Positions 1 to 9,958 are shown, counted from the stretch's first letter. The stretch: 64,000 bases of DNA from Nanobdellota archaeon (GCA_041305185.1 JBFYLW010000003.1:2692-66691), one strand, 5' to 3'. Made by a program: numbers and translations. Notes: generated by a model not told the origin, from the letters alone.

Positions 1-68
1 TAATAAGAAATGACATTTACCCTGATTTTTCTATTATTGATTCTTGCAAAAAAGCATATCTTGCAGAT

Positions 69-1415
69 GTGAATTTAGTTGACAAATTTATAAGAAATTT
101 TCGTCTTGCAGCTGAATTTTTTTCAAATGATGAAAAAGCAGATTGGAATTATTATGTTGACTATATCGGGAAACTTCTTAAAATTAACAGTGATTTTGCT
201 TTGAACATTTTTGATAAATTAACTCCTATTTATGTTCAAAAAGGAAAAAAATTTTTGGATGAAATTTTGGCTTTTTCTTCTGACGCTATGGAAATTTGCC
301 CTTCATTTTTTGATTTAAATATGTTCAATGAATATGTATATCGTATGAATCCGCAAAGCGTTTATCATGATTTTACTCCGCATACGCCTCAATCTAAAAA
401 ACTTAAAGACATTAAAAGCCTGGTTTTAGCTTATAGAAATGATAAGACTGAGATTAGACAGGCCATTGTCGATCAGATAAAAAAACAGTATTCTTCTGAT
501 TCAAACAAGAACATCATTAAATTGAATATTCCTGACAAGATGTATACGTTGAAGTCTCAGGTTGAAGCATTCAGGCAGGTGTATGAGGATCCTAACTATC
601 TGAAGCAAAAACCAAGCAATGAAGACAAATATATTTCTGAAAAGATTTTGCCAGAGCTTGCAAAAATGATGTCTGCATCTGGAACTCTTGAGATAAGGGC
701 GCTGGGTTGTGGCACGGGGGTTTCAGAATTGAGATTTGTAAGGAATTTGGAAAAACATTTGCCTAAACACAGATTACATCTGTGCTTGTGTGACATAAAT
801 GAACGGATGATTGATGAGGCGCGGGTGAATGCCTATGATGATGTTCTGGAAAATGGTTTTGACATGACTTTTAGTGGTAAAAGATGTGATTTTCTTGACA
901 GAAAAAGCATAAAATTCATTTCTTCTGAGCAGTTTGATAGAAGCGTTTATCTTATTCTTGGAGGTACTGTGGGTAATTTTTCATCCAAAGCCAGACAGCG
1001 CATATTTGGTAATATTTACAAAAATATGCAGTCTGGAGACGTGTTGATTGTTACCTGCGGAACCAAACCTGATTTATCTTCTTATTGCGGCGAATCGACT
1101 GCGCGTTTTATCTTTTCGCCGTTAAGAATGCTTGGTATAGAAGAAAAGAGCATTTTTGAGTTTGATGGGGGTCTTTCTAATTATTCCTGCAAATTACAGG
1201 GCAAAAAAATCATTGGCGCAGTTACTTTAAACGATGATACTAAGATTGAAGGTCTTGATCATGAATTAAAAGAAGGCACGGAGTTCCAGGTGCTTTATTC
1301 CGATAGAATTGATCCAGAATCATTCAAGAAAGAGCTTAGCCTGTTCGAATTGCATGGTGGTGCGCCTTTCATCACTCCTGGCAACAGGGCAATAGCTGTT
1401 TGCTATAAGAAATAA
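69..1415 (+). CDS. class I SAM-dependent methyltransferase-like protein (N-terminal extension of unknown function)
   Basis: Gly-rich SAM-binding motif I 'LEIRALGCGTGVSE' followed by acidic post-I region ('CLCDINERMIDEA'); 448 aa, intact ORF. Confidence 0.5.
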   Translation: MNLVDKFIRNFRLAAEFFSNDEKADWNYYVDYIGKLLKINSDFALNIFDKLTPIYVQKGKKFLDEILAFSSDAMEICPSFFDLNMFNEYVYRMNPQSVYHDFTPHTPQSKKLKDIKSLVLAYRNDKTEIRQAIVDQIKKQYSSDSNKNIIKLNIPDKMYTLKSQVEAFRQVYEDPNYLKQKPSNEDKYISEKILPELAKMMSASGTLEIRALGCGTGVSELRFVRNLEKHLPKHRLHLCLCDINERMIDEARVNAYDDVLENGFDMTFSGKRCDFLDRKSIKFISSEQFDRSVYLILGGTVGNFSSKARQRIFGNIYKNMQSGDVLIVTCGTKPDLSSYCGESTARFIFSPLRMLGIEEKSIFEFDGGLSNYSCKLQGKKIIGAVTLNDDTKIEGLDHELKEGTEFQVLYSDRIDPESFKKELSLFELHGGAPFITPGNRAIAVCYKK

Positions 1416-2381
1416 TTATAATTCTGGCAGGTAGTTTATCTGGTGGACTGCATAATTCAATATGATTGTGTAGTCTCTTAATATTTCTGAGAATTCCTGT
1501 TTCATCTTGTTCATGATTGCATACAATTCAATGATGTCTTTTACCATTATCTCGAATTCCATATCTGCAGCACCAAGCGCGTCTGTTATGAAGATTGTGT
1601 TTGGATTGTATCTTAGGGATGTGATGAGATTGTTTTTCTTTTCTTTTGTCAGATTTTCCAGATGCAGAAATATTTTGTAATATTGATATCCTAATTTTGC
1701 AGTATTAATCATTGCCCTGAATCCCATGATTATTTTTTGTTTTTTCAGGTTGTTTATTCTGTATCTTACGGCGTTTGGAGTGATTTTTAGCTTGCTGGCC
1801 ATCTTATGAAGGGGTTCGCGTGCATTTCTTGCTAATACGTTTAGGATTTCAGCATCTTTTAGATCTATTTTGACGTTTCCGTACGTGCCTATCGGCCATT
1901 CAGTAAAATCATATTTGTCAAATAGGTAGTTGTTTTTGTAGTGGTAGATGTTTGTTGCTATTGAGACGTATTTATCTCGGATGTTTTTTGCAAACTTTGT
2001 ATATATGTCATCCACTGTGTCTTTTGCCTTGTTGACATTTTTTGCCCAGATTACTATGACTAGGTTCCACGGTCCGTCTATGCTTGCAATCCATCCTATG
2101 TTCTGGTTTTTCTTGGCGTAATCAATGATTTCTTTCTCTTTTTCAGGTGTCGTGTTCTGTAGTTTTAGCAGCAGTCTGCAATAAATATATCCTAGTTTTG
2201 CAGTGTCTATTACGGCGTAATATCCCAGTATTATCTTGTTTTCTTCAAGTCTTTTCATCCTGTAATTTACAACTTCTTTGGACAGTCCTGCTTTTTTTGC
2301 AATCTGGGATATGTTGCTTCGTGCATTCATGTCTAGTTCAGAAAGTATTAGTTTGTCCTTTTTGTCTAATTTTATATTCAT
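1416..2381 (-). CDS. Lrp/AsnC-family transcriptional regulator, tandem-duplicated (two HTH+RAM units in one chain)
   Basis: Two repeats of 'DxxDxKILxxLxxNARxxxxxIAKxxGLSxxxVxxRxKxLexxKIIxGY' HTH_AsnC pattern (residues ~10-70 and ~170-230). Confidence 0.8.
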   Translation of the reverse strand: MNIKLDKKDKLILSELDMNARSNISQIAKKAGLSKEVVNYRMKRLEENKIILGYYAVIDTAKLGYIYCRLLLKLQNTTPEKEKEIIDYAKKNQNIGWIASIDGPWNLVIVIWAKNVNKAKDTVDDIYTKFAKNIRDKYVSIATNIYHYKNNYLFDKYDFTEWPIGTYGNVKIDLKDAEILNVLARNAREPLHKMASKLKITPNAVRYRINNLKKQKIIMGFRAMINTAKLGYQYYKIFLHLENLTKEKKNNLITSLRYNPNTIFITDALGAADMEFEIMVKDIIELYAIMNKMKQEFSEILRDYTIILNYAVHQINYLPEL

Positions 2382-2488
2382 TTATTATCAAATGTAAATA
2401 TATCCTTATAAACTTTTCGTTTTGATAAAAATATCAATCAAACATTTTATTTATATCTTTGAGTATATATGTGCTGTGAGGTTAAACC

Positions 2489-2540
2489 TGGGTTTTATGT
2501 CCGGAAGAATTCCGGAAAAAGCCGGGTTTTTCCGGTGGGA
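2489..2540. promoter_or_regulatory. palindromic operator-like repeats in divergent intergenic region (Lrp gene <-> lipoprotein operon)
   Basis: Perfect inverted repeat tccggaa-gaa-ttccgga and adjacent imperfect ccggaaaaagccgg/ccgggtttttccgg palindrome between divergently oriented genes. Confidence 0.4.
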
Positions 2541-2576
2541 AAAAATGATAATGTGTGAATTGCAGGGGGCTAAAAA

Positions 2577-3374
2577 ATGAAAAAAATATTTTTGGGATTG
2601 ACTTTGATTATTTTATTGCTTTCAGCTTGCACTCATTCGCAGGTATCTGGGAATGGTGTTGTGGAAGCGGGTAATGAGACTGTGGAAACTGCAGTGGGGC
2701 AGAATTCTACTCAAACAGCTGAAAAGCTTGCTGCAGATGAGAAGAAAGAGGCTGAAAGGGTTGAGGTAGAGAAAAAAGCAGAGGAGGAATTGATTAATCT
2801 GGCGAAGCTGAAGAAGGCAGTTAATGCTACTGTCGAGAAATGCAGCGGGTTTGAAGATGGGTATAACAGCACTTTCTGTTTTGCAGAGTATGGTGTGAAC
2901 TTGATGAAGCAGTATGGCAGGATTCAGGATTTGCATCCTGTTTACACTCTGTGTGAATATGCTGATGACAGTAATTTTTGTTATTTTTATGCTGCTGTTA
3001 TGCTTAATGGTCCGGGGTATTGCAATAAAGTCAAAGATAAGACTGGTTGTGAATTGATTTCTGATCCTTTGTTTTGCAACAGGTTGATTAATCCTAATCA
3101 GTGTCTTTTGGAAAGGGCAACGCTTATTCGTATTGTGAACAAGCCTGCGGCTCAGATGACTTGTGATATGATGAAAAGGTTTGATAAGTATCCTGATGCT
3201 GAAAAATACAATTGTGCTGAGATTGATTTTGGAGAAGTTTCTTATGATAAGGAGTCTTTCAAGGATCGTTTCTTTTTGATGCATTTTATGACTGCACTTA
3301 TGGATTTTGAACTCTATAATACTACCTTGGAGGATTATAATAGGAATAAGAGGGTGGACTATGAACAAGATTAA
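2577..3374 (+). CDS. Cys-rich secreted lipoprotein, family shared with 14326..14961 and 15429..16064
   Basis: Signal peptide + lipobox 'LLLSAC'; conserved motifs 'NSTFCFAEYG' and 'SNFCYFYAAV' shared with two paralogs; coiled-coil K/E-rich insert. Confidence 0.6.
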   Translation: MKKIFLGLTLIILLLSACTHSQVSGNGVVEAGNETVETAVGQNSTQTAEKLAADEKKEAERVEVEKKAEEELINLAKLKKAVNATVEKCSGFEDGYNSTFCFAEYGVNLMKQYGRIQDLHPVYTLCEYADDSNFCYFYAAVMLNGPGYCNKVKDKTGCELISDPLFCNRLINPNQCLLERATLIRIVNKPAAQMTCDMMKRFDKYPDAEKYNCAEIDFGEVSYDKESFKDRFFLMHFMTALMDFELYNTTLEDYNRNKRVDYEQD

Positions 3375-3579
3375 GATTATTGGAAGGCTGGTTTTGATTG
3401 CGTTGTCAATAATGTTTATTTCTTTTGTTATTGAGACGAACAGCGGCACTTTTTTTCATGTTTCTGCTGCTGGCGCTATTATTTTCTGGTCATTAATTGG
3501 CATTTGGCGGGATATCACTGGTGGCAAAAAGGCTTACCTGGTTTGGAAAGATGGAAGGCCGAAGCTGGATATGAGATGA
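3361..3579 (+). CDS. small two-TM membrane protein partnered with the Cys-rich lipoprotein
   Basis: Start ATG at 3361 overlaps upstream stop; 'MNKIKIIGRLVLIALSIMFISFVIE...AIIFWSLIGIWRD' paralogous to small ORF 16061..16225 ('MNKTKILIKLGLIGLVVVIMLFSVE...AAVFWLVIGVLRE'). Confidence 0.5.
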   Translation: MNKIKIIGRLVLIALSIMFISFVIETNSGTFFHVSAAGAIIFWSLIGIWRDITGGKKAYLVWKDGRPKLDMR

Positions 3580-4424
3580 ATTTGATGAAAGACTTGAATT
3601 ATTGCAGGTTAGTGACGCATGAGCCTTTGATAGTCAAAGGGCTGTCTTTGGAAGGTACTGCTGGTTTGAAAGAGAAGGTTCCTGCATTTCTTGGCGTGGG
3701 TATCAGCAGCAGGGATGTTTTGTCTTGCGGTCTTCCTGTTGATGTTTTGAGTATGGTCTTGATGAGTGAGCTTGTTGGTACTGAAAAATATGTTCTTGTG
3801 GCTGATGAGCATGCGAAATTCAATGGTTTTGATGAGGGTGTCGTCAAAAATGTTGCTTCTTTGTATTCAGGAGTGTTGTCGAGTGTGCTTGGGAGTCTTG
3901 GGCTGTCTGGTTGGAAGGTATTGCTTGGTTCAGATATTGGTCAAAGTGCGGATTACCAGAATATCTTGAAATCTGTTGATGAAAAAAATGGTTATGTGAA
4001 GAGAGAGCTTGCAGATATGGTTTGGTTTGCAGAACGCGGTGTTAAACTGAAAATTGGCTGGTCGAAAGATGAGGGTTGTGATTTTGGCGAGCTTTTTTTT
4101 GATAACAAGTTCAGGGAGCTTGACAGGGCTGAAATGTCTTTTCTGTACTTGAAATCCGGAAGGACCTTTAACCCCGATAAGCCTTTTTCAGCTCCGTATT
4201 TTTGTGATAATGCTGAAAATAGGGTTATGCTGTGTTCAGGGGAGGATGTGGGTTTGAAGATATCGTCTGCTCAAAAAAGGTTTGGGAAGAATAAAGTTTC
4301 TGGTTATCTTCGTTTTTTGAATGATTTGATGGATTTGTATGATTGCGTAATCAGGCCGGTAAAAGAACAGGCTTTGGAGAACAGGTTGCAATATGTTATT
4401 GACAGGTGCTGCCATGATATTTGA
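3576..4424 (+). CDS. hypothetical protein (start re-assigned to ATG 3576, ATGA overlap with upstream stop)
   Basis: Intact 282-aa ORF in operon; no recognisable motifs. Confidence 0.4.
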   Translation: MNLMKDLNYCRLVTHEPLIVKGLSLEGTAGLKEKVPAFLGVGISSRDVLSCGLPVDVLSMVLMSELVGTEKYVLVADEHAKFNGFDEGVVKNVASLYSGVLSSVLGSLGLSGWKVLLGSDIGQSADYQNILKSVDEKNGYVKRELADMVWFAERGVKLKIGWSKDEGCDFGELFFDNKFRELDRAEMSFLYLKSGRTFNPDKPFSAPYFCDNAENRVMLCSGEDVGLKISSAQKRFGKNKVSGYLRFLNDLMDLYDCVIRPVKEQALENRLQYVIDRCCHDI

Positions 4425-4448
4425 TAATTTTCAAGGAGGGGTAGGTAA

Positions 4449-5357
4449 ATGAAAAAATTGCTTGCAGCGCTGGTTTTAGGGGGGGTTTTGGGTTTTGTAC
4501 AGCCTGTTATCGCGCAGGAGGCTCCTAAGGAGAAGAGTGCTGTAGAAAGAGTGGGAGATGGTATTGGTGATTTGTTTGGCAGGGGTCTTGATTATATCAC
4601 TCGCAAATTAAGAGAAAGAGAGCTTGAGGGTGAGATTGAGAGCAAGTTTTCCTATAATCTTGATGATAAGAATCTTGAAGGGTTTTTAGCAAAGAAACGC
4701 TATGAAGTTTTTGAAAGTGCTGATGTGACTAATTTCACGGATAATAAAGCTGTTGCAGTGCTTGAATACGATTTTAGGAGTCCTGAGCCGGGCAGGTACA
4801 GGAATTTCAGGACCAGGATGCAGCGGGAGTTTTCATTGACTGATGGCTCGATTGATGCTGTTGTCAGCCAGGGTGAGGATTGGGGTGAGTTGTGTGGCAG
4901 GAAAGTGAGCGAAGCTGTTTTGAATGATTTTTTGCTGCTTAACTCTGCTGTTGCAGATAGGTGGGATAAGAAGGTGCAGGACTGTGCTGCTCAGAACAAG
5001 GAGCATGTTTTTGATTATCAGATTGTGTTTATTGCGCATAACGGTGATGTTTACAAGCGTGATAGTGCTGAAAAGTCTAAAGTGGAATTGCCGGCTAAAA
5101 AATCTCAGGCAGGTATTAGTCTGACTGTTAAGGATAAGTTTGGGAATGTTCTTCAGAATCAGAGGTTTGTTGAGGAATACCAAAATCAGGGTTCCTGGCA
5201 GTATGAGCGCGAGTTGTTCAACAGGAGTATGAGTGGTTTTGATTTTACTGAAGAAAATCATTGGAATGAGAGGGACTTTTTGCAGCAGCTTGGCGCTTCT
5301 GCAGATAGTGCTTTTCGTGAAGGAGTCAAATACATAAAAAGTTTGTTTCAAGATTAG
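4449..5357 (+). CDS. secreted hypothetical protein
   Basis: N-terminal signal peptide 'MKKLLAALVLGGVLGFVQPVIAQEAP'; GGAGG-like SD 8 nt upstream. Confidence 0.5.
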   Translation: MKKLLAALVLGGVLGFVQPVIAQEAPKEKSAVERVGDGIGDLFGRGLDYITRKLRERELEGEIESKFSYNLDDKNLEGFLAKKRYEVFESADVTNFTDNKAVAVLEYDFRSPEPGRYRNFRTRMQREFSLTDGSIDAVVSQGEDWGELCGRKVSEAVLNDFLLLNSAVADRWDKKVQDCAAQNKEHVFDYQIVFIAHNGDVYKRDSAEKSKVELPAKKSQAGISLTVKDKFGNVLQNQRFVEEYQNQGSWQYERELFNRSMSGFDFTEENHWNERDFLQQLGASADSAFREGVKYIKSLFQD

Positions 5358-5419
5358 TTTTTCCTGGAGAGGTGATTCAACATAGCGCGAGCTCTGGGAA
5401 AAACTAGGAGGAAAAGAAA

Positions 5420-6595
5420 ATGGCAGATGAAAATGATGGTAATGAACGGGCGGACCTTAAATGGTGGGGTATGACTGAGAGGGAGCTTAAGCTCAAAGAA
5501 AAGTACAATATTATTCATCCGGTGTTGCGTAGGAAAGAGCTTTTGGATTACGTAAGGGAACATTCCGGCAGGGATTTGTTATCAAAACCTCATGCGTCGC
5601 CTGTTTCAAATGCTCCTGACATGAATCAGGTTCAGAACTATGCTGGAAAAATGATTGTTCTTCAGCACGAGTTTGGCAGGACTATGCGTCTTATTAATAA
5701 TGACACAGTATATAATCAGATGAGGGAATATGTCTTGCAGAAGTTTTTCAGAAGCATTCCTAAGTCTCCAGAAGAGATTCTTGAGCTTCAACTTAACAAC
5801 ATTCATGATTTGAATGAGGTTTATGCTGATTTCATTAATCATTCTATTTGTTTATTGGATGGCATTTCGGATTCTATGGATGGCCGGCTTGATGAGATTG
5901 CGCTTGGTGAGGCAATGATGATTGAGGCTATTGTTGGCGGTTCTAAATTGTCCAAGATCTATGAGCAAGAGAGACAAAAACTTGCAGGTATGAAAAGAGA
6001 GCATTCTGTTTCTAATACGTTGGATGAGAGGATGAATGGTAGTATTACTTTTGTTGAAAATCTGAATAGACGATTGGGAATTAGGGACCAGGCAAGTTTG
6101 TGCAAGAATACATATCGTGATGTGGTAGATGCTAAAAGTGCTGAAATTTTGAATAGGGAGCATGTGAATGATATGATGAGAGACTTGAAGTTATTCGCGC
6201 GTGTGTTTGAAATTGGTTACTTTATGAATTTTCACAACGCAGATACTTTAAGGAAAAGTCGGCGTCTTGAAAATCTGATAAGGGAAACGAAGGATTTTGT
6301 GATTCATCAGAATAAGAACCTCAAGATTGCAGGAACATTGATGACACAGTTCGCTCAAATGAATGAAACTGCAGGATCCATATACGGTTTCCTTATCTCT
6401 GTGGCGGAGGGCGTATATAAGATAAGTAAAGATCCTGCTTTCTTGTTTGATCAAAAAAAGAATTTTCTGGGCATGAATTCTAGACAGATTGCAGAGTATT
6501 CCCTGGAGGGTTGTTTTAATGATAATTTTTCCGCTGACACAAATCGTTACAGGCAAATGGCTGTGGAGCTTCAGACCCAGATGGTGAGGCAATAA
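5420..6595 (+). CDS. hypothetical alpha-helical protein
   Basis: 391-aa intact ORF, SD-like 'aggagg' upstream; no motif recognised. Confidence 0.4.
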   Translation: MADENDGNERADLKWWGMTERELKLKEKYNIIHPVLRRKELLDYVREHSGRDLLSKPHASPVSNAPDMNQVQNYAGKMIVLQHEFGRTMRLINNDTVYNQMREYVLQKFFRSIPKSPEEILELQLNNIHDLNEVYADFINHSICLLDGISDSMDGRLDEIALGEAMMIEAIVGGSKLSKIYEQERQKLAGMKREHSVSNTLDERMNGSITFVENLNRRLGIRDQASLCKNTYRDVVDAKSAEILNREHVNDMMRDLKLFARVFEIGYFMNFHNADTLRKSRRLENLIRETKDFVIHQNKNLKIAGTLMTQFAQMNETAGSIYGFLISVAEGVYKISKDPAFLFDQKKNFLGMNSRQIAEYSLEGCFNDNFSADTNRYRQMAVELQTQMVRQ

Positions 6596-7341
6596 TGAGC
6601 GGTGCAGATAGGGGTTTTGGTGCTTTTCAGAGGGCTCTTGAGGAACTGATTAGAGTTCCTTCCTCGAAAAGCCATAAATCCCTGCTCCTGTCTCATGATT
6701 CTGCTTCTGACTACTTGAAGGATTTTTATTCTGGTTTTTTGGAGGATTATTGTGATGACAACAAGAAACTGTTGTCGCATAAGGTGGATTTTTTCAATTA
6801 TGGCGCATCTTTGGTGAAGAAAAAGCAGGCTTATGATGAGAGTCTTGGTTTGAAAGAAAGGTTTTGGGCTTTTGAAAAGCTTGCCCATGTCAGGGGTTTT
6901 ATTCTTCAGAGGAATTTTGCGGGTATTGAGGGAAAAAAAGAGTTTTATCAGGGACGGATATATGAACAAAATGGTATTCTTAGTATGTATCAAGATATTT
7001 TTGGTTATCTTAAGGATGCTGTTATGGGTTTTGAAAAATTGTATTTTCCTCTTTGTGCGTTGAAAAATGATGTGTCTATTGCTGATTTTGTGTCTAACTC
7101 AGAAGGAGAGTTCAAGAATTCAGCGCAAACTGCCTTAAAATCCTCTTTATTTTCATTTTATCTTCAGTGGTGTAATTATGCTGAAGGTCTTAACAGCAGA
7201 GTTGTTAATTATGACCGTTTGAATAGGAGATTCCGCTGCCTTAATGATTTTATGGCTGATTTGAGCGACGTGTGTTATAATCAGGATGCTGTTATCAAGG
7301 AAAACGCAGAGTTGTTTTTTGAAAATGCAAACCCCTCTTGA
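6595..7341 (+). CDS. hypothetical protein
   Basis: Start overlaps upstream stop (TAATG); 248 aa. Confidence 0.4.
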   Translation: MSGADRGFGAFQRALEELIRVPSSKSHKSLLLSHDSASDYLKDFYSGFLEDYCDDNKKLLSHKVDFFNYGASLVKKKQAYDESLGLKERFWAFEKLAHVRGFILQRNFAGIEGKKEFYQGRIYEQNGILSMYQDIFGYLKDAVMGFEKLYFPLCALKNDVSIADFVSNSEGEFKNSAQTALKSSLFSFYLQWCNYAEGLNSRVVNYDRLNRRFRCLNDFMADLSDVCYNQDAVIKENAELFFENANPS

Positions 7342-7921
7342 GAATAGGCTGGATTGTTTCACTACTGTACTGCCTGGTGAAGAGCATAATATGTATGAGT
7401 TAGTCAGCAATATTGTTGAATACTCGGGCGATATTGTTTTCGGATTGTACAATCATTCTCGGGAGGAATTGTTGCCTTTATATCGGCGATTGGGCAATTG
7501 CTTGTTGACTTTGGCGCACGAATTTAGATATATGTCAGATGCCTGTAGGGAGTATGTCAAAATTGGTTTTTCTGATGAATCTGCTCCGAATTTGTTGAAG
7601 TATCTGACAGGCAATATGAGGAAGAAAGGTCTGGATTGGTTTGGTGATAGGAAAAAGTTTTCTCAAATCAAAAAAATGCTTAAAAAAAATGATTCGGATA
7701 AGACCGGATTGTTGACTTTGGCAGATGATTATTTCAATGAATGTCATCTTAATTCATCGTTAATGCTTCAGAAGGTTGAGCGCTTTTATCGTTTGCCTGC
7801 AGTTATACAGGAGGGGTTTGTTTTCTATGATAAGATGAAGCGAAGTTTGTTTTGGGATAAAGATTGCAAGAAATTCTTGAGAAGAATTATTGGTGAGGAT
7901 TATGACAAAAGATTGGAGTGA
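7286..7921 (+). CDS. hypothetical protein (true start probably internal, 7325 or 7391)
   Basis: ORF overlaps upstream gene; internal Met candidates. Confidence 0.35.
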   Translation: MLLSRKTQSCFLKMQTPLENRLDCFTTVLPGEEHNMYELVSNIVEYSGDIVFGLYNHSREELLPLYRRLGNCLLTLAHEFRYMSDACREYVKIGFSDESAPNLLKYLTGNMRKKGLDWFGDRKKFSQIKKMLKKNDSDKTGLLTLADDYFNECHLNSSLMLQKVERFYRLPAVIQEGFVFYDKMKRSLFWDKDCKKFLRRIIGEDYDKRLE

Positions 7922-8648
7922 TCATTTTTCTCAAGATAATTATAAAGATAGAAATCTGGATAATTACCTGAATTTTGATAAAATTAAAAAAAATCCGTTT
8001 AATAAGCTTAAACTAATGCTTGCTGCTGGCGCTCTTTTAGCGCTGGGTCCCTGTGTTGCTTTTTGCTGCAGCGGTTCTTCCAAGGATTACTTCAGGAAAT
8101 CAGACCTGGATGTGAATAAGATTCATGGAAAGTATGAATTGACTCTTACTGAAAAGAATGAGCCGAATCCTTTTGTTATTAATGATGATTTGGTTGATAT
8201 AATCAGGAAAGAGACAAAAAATTGTGAAACCGAGCTGGATAAAGCAAAGGCAATCTTTTATTGGATGAGAAAAAATATCAGTTATGACTTAACAAAATAT
8301 TTTACACGTACTAACGGCTTTGTTAGAAATCATAAGTTATTTGGAGATGAGTCTGGCTATAGAAACAGCACTGAAGTTATAGACGATGAAGAGGGAATAT
8401 GTGGAGAATCTGCTTTCTTGTATGTTACAATGGCTCGCTGCGTGGGGTTGGATTCTAATATTGTTTTTGTTAATAGAGATTGTTATTCAGATAGTGTCAA
8501 TCATGGTTGTGCTGTTGTGCATATTAGAGGGAAGAGAATTCTTGTTGATCCTGCGTACGATACTTTCGATATTAAGCATAAAGAATACCGGATCCAGTCT
8601 GATGAGGAAATTATCAGGAATTACCGTCATTGGAGGAAAAATGAATGA
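7890..8648 (+). CDS. transglutaminase-like cysteine-protease-fold protein, membrane/lipid anchored
   Basis: N-terminal hydrophobic segment with Cys cluster 'LAAGALLALGPCVAFCCSGSS'; Cys-His-Asp triad context 'GICGESAFLYVTMARCVG' ... 'HGCAVVHIRG' ... 'ILVDPAYD' typical of transglutaminase core. Confidence 0.65.
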   Translation: MVRIMTKDWSDHFSQDNYKDRNLDNYLNFDKIKKNPFNKLKLMLAAGALLALGPCVAFCCSGSSKDYFRKSDLDVNKIHGKYELTLTEKNEPNPFVINDDLVDIIRKETKNCETELDKAKAIFYWMRKNISYDLTKYFTRTNGFVRNHKLFGDESGYRNSTEVIDDEEGICGESAFLYVTMARCVGLDSNIVFVNRDCYSDSVNHGCAVVHIRGKRILVDPAYDTFDIKHKEYRIQSDEEIIRNYRHWRKNE

Positions 8649-9958
8649 GCTTGGAGCAGGGTTTGGATGAATTGAAAATTTATGGGAGGCCACGGATAAG
8701 CTGGTGGCTGAAGAAGCAAAAGAAGAAAATATTAGGTACAGCATTTTCAGTTGCTGCGCTTGCTTGTTCTCTTTACGGCGGGTTGGTGTTTTATCAGCAT
8801 CAGAAAGAAAAAGCAGCAGAGAAGATGTACCAGGCTAACAATATTGAAGAGATTAAGCAGAGTAATAAAATAATGACTGAAGAGCTTGAGGTATATAAGC
8901 GGAAATATGATGGTCCTGAAGGATTGGATAACTTGATTTTTACCCAGCAAAGAAAACTCGCCGAGTTTGAGAAACGATTGCAAACTGAAGTGTTTCCAAT
9001 AAGTTTTAAAGAGGTGCATAGAAAAAGGTTGGCAAATTACCCATTGAAAATATTATTAATTGATGATTCCTTTTATATGCCTTCTGACAAAAACCTTCTT
9101 GGATTCGATATTAAAGAAATATATAAAGATCTTCCAACTGCTCTTTTATTTACGTATGGAATTATCAATTTTAATGAATCGACTGTGGTTTACCATGAAA
9201 ATGAAATGAATAAATTAAAAACAGTCGTGATAGCGCCAGGATTAGGAAAAAAAATATTGCATGAAACTGAATCTTGTAGCGGTTATAGAATATCTTTAGA
9301 ATGTTACCATAACAGAATTGCTTTAAAATATGAAAATTTAAATGGGAAAGATATTCGTCGAACTTTTTTTATTGAAGGAGATCAGATCCGTGCGCAAGAT
9401 GGTGATGCGGATTTTTCTACATATAAAGGCATGAGATATGATATTTCGTGGGGTAATCTGCATAAGAAATCAGAAAATGAGGAACTTTGGACAATAGGGA
9501 GCAATATTAATGAATATTTTCTTGTCAATAATCAGGCATTTATTCGTTCTGATAATACTTTATTTGCACATAACATATTCACTGGAAAGGAGATGTGGCG
9601 TTTTTCTTATAACACCAAAACCAAAGGCACACCGTTATGCGAGGATGTCCGGGTATATGTCGGCGCAGAAGATAATCATCTTTATTGTTTAGATTCAAAC
9701 ACTGGTAATTTGGTTTGGAAGTCTCAGACGAATGACAAGGTTAGGGAGCGTCCTTCTGTGGATAATGGTCGTGTTTATTTTGGTTCGCTGGACTCTCATA
9801 TTTACGTTTTGGACTCGAGAAATGGCAGGCGTTTGTGGATGCATGAGCTTGACAGCCCGATTAGTTCTCCTCCGATGGTTAAGGATGATATGCTTTACTT
9901 GGCTACGACTAATGGTAATTTGTATGCTTTTAAGAAGAAGAAGAGTGATAAGAAATGA
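8645..9958 (+). CDS. membrane-anchored PQQ-like beta-propeller repeat protein
   Basis: N-terminal anchor module 'MSLEQGLDELKIYGRPRISWWLKK'+TM; C-terminal repeats 'HLYCLDSNTGNLVWK', 'HIYVLDSRNGRRLWM', 'GNLYAF' typical of PQQ/BamB-like propellers. Confidence 0.6.
   Translation: MSLEQGLDELKIYGRPRISWWLKKQKKKILGTAFSVAALACSLYGGLVFYQHQKEKAAEKMYQANNIEEIKQSNKIMTEELEVYKRKYDGPEGLDNLIFTQQRKLAEFEKRLQTEVFPISFKEVHRKRLANYPLKILLIDDSFYMPSDKNLLGFDIKEIYKDLPTALLFTYGIINFNESTVVYHENEMNKLKTVVIAPGLGKKILHETESCSGYRISLECYHNRIALKYENLNGKDIRRTFFIEGDQIRAQDGDADFSTYKGMRYDISWGNLHKKSENEELWTIGSNINEYFLVNNQAFIRSDNTLFAHNIFTGKEMWRFSYNTKTKGTPLCEDVRVYVGAEDNHLYCLDSNTGNLVWKSQTNDKVRERPSVDNGRVYFGSLDSHIYVLDSRNGRRLWMHELDSPISSPPMVKDDMLYLATTNGNLYAFKKKKSDKK

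Noticed and set aside
2489-2540. Palindromic GC-rich hairpins as a possible tRNA or small RNA
   Set aside because: No cloverleaf (no acceptor/anticodon/T-arm arrangement) could be drawn; better explained as operator-like palindromes in a divergent promoter.
2622-3449. 275-aa minus-strand ORF antisense to the Cys-rich lipoprotein gene
   Set aside because: Low-complexity I/L/F-rich translation, fully embedded in a gene with clear signal peptide and conserved paralogs; typical shadow ORF.
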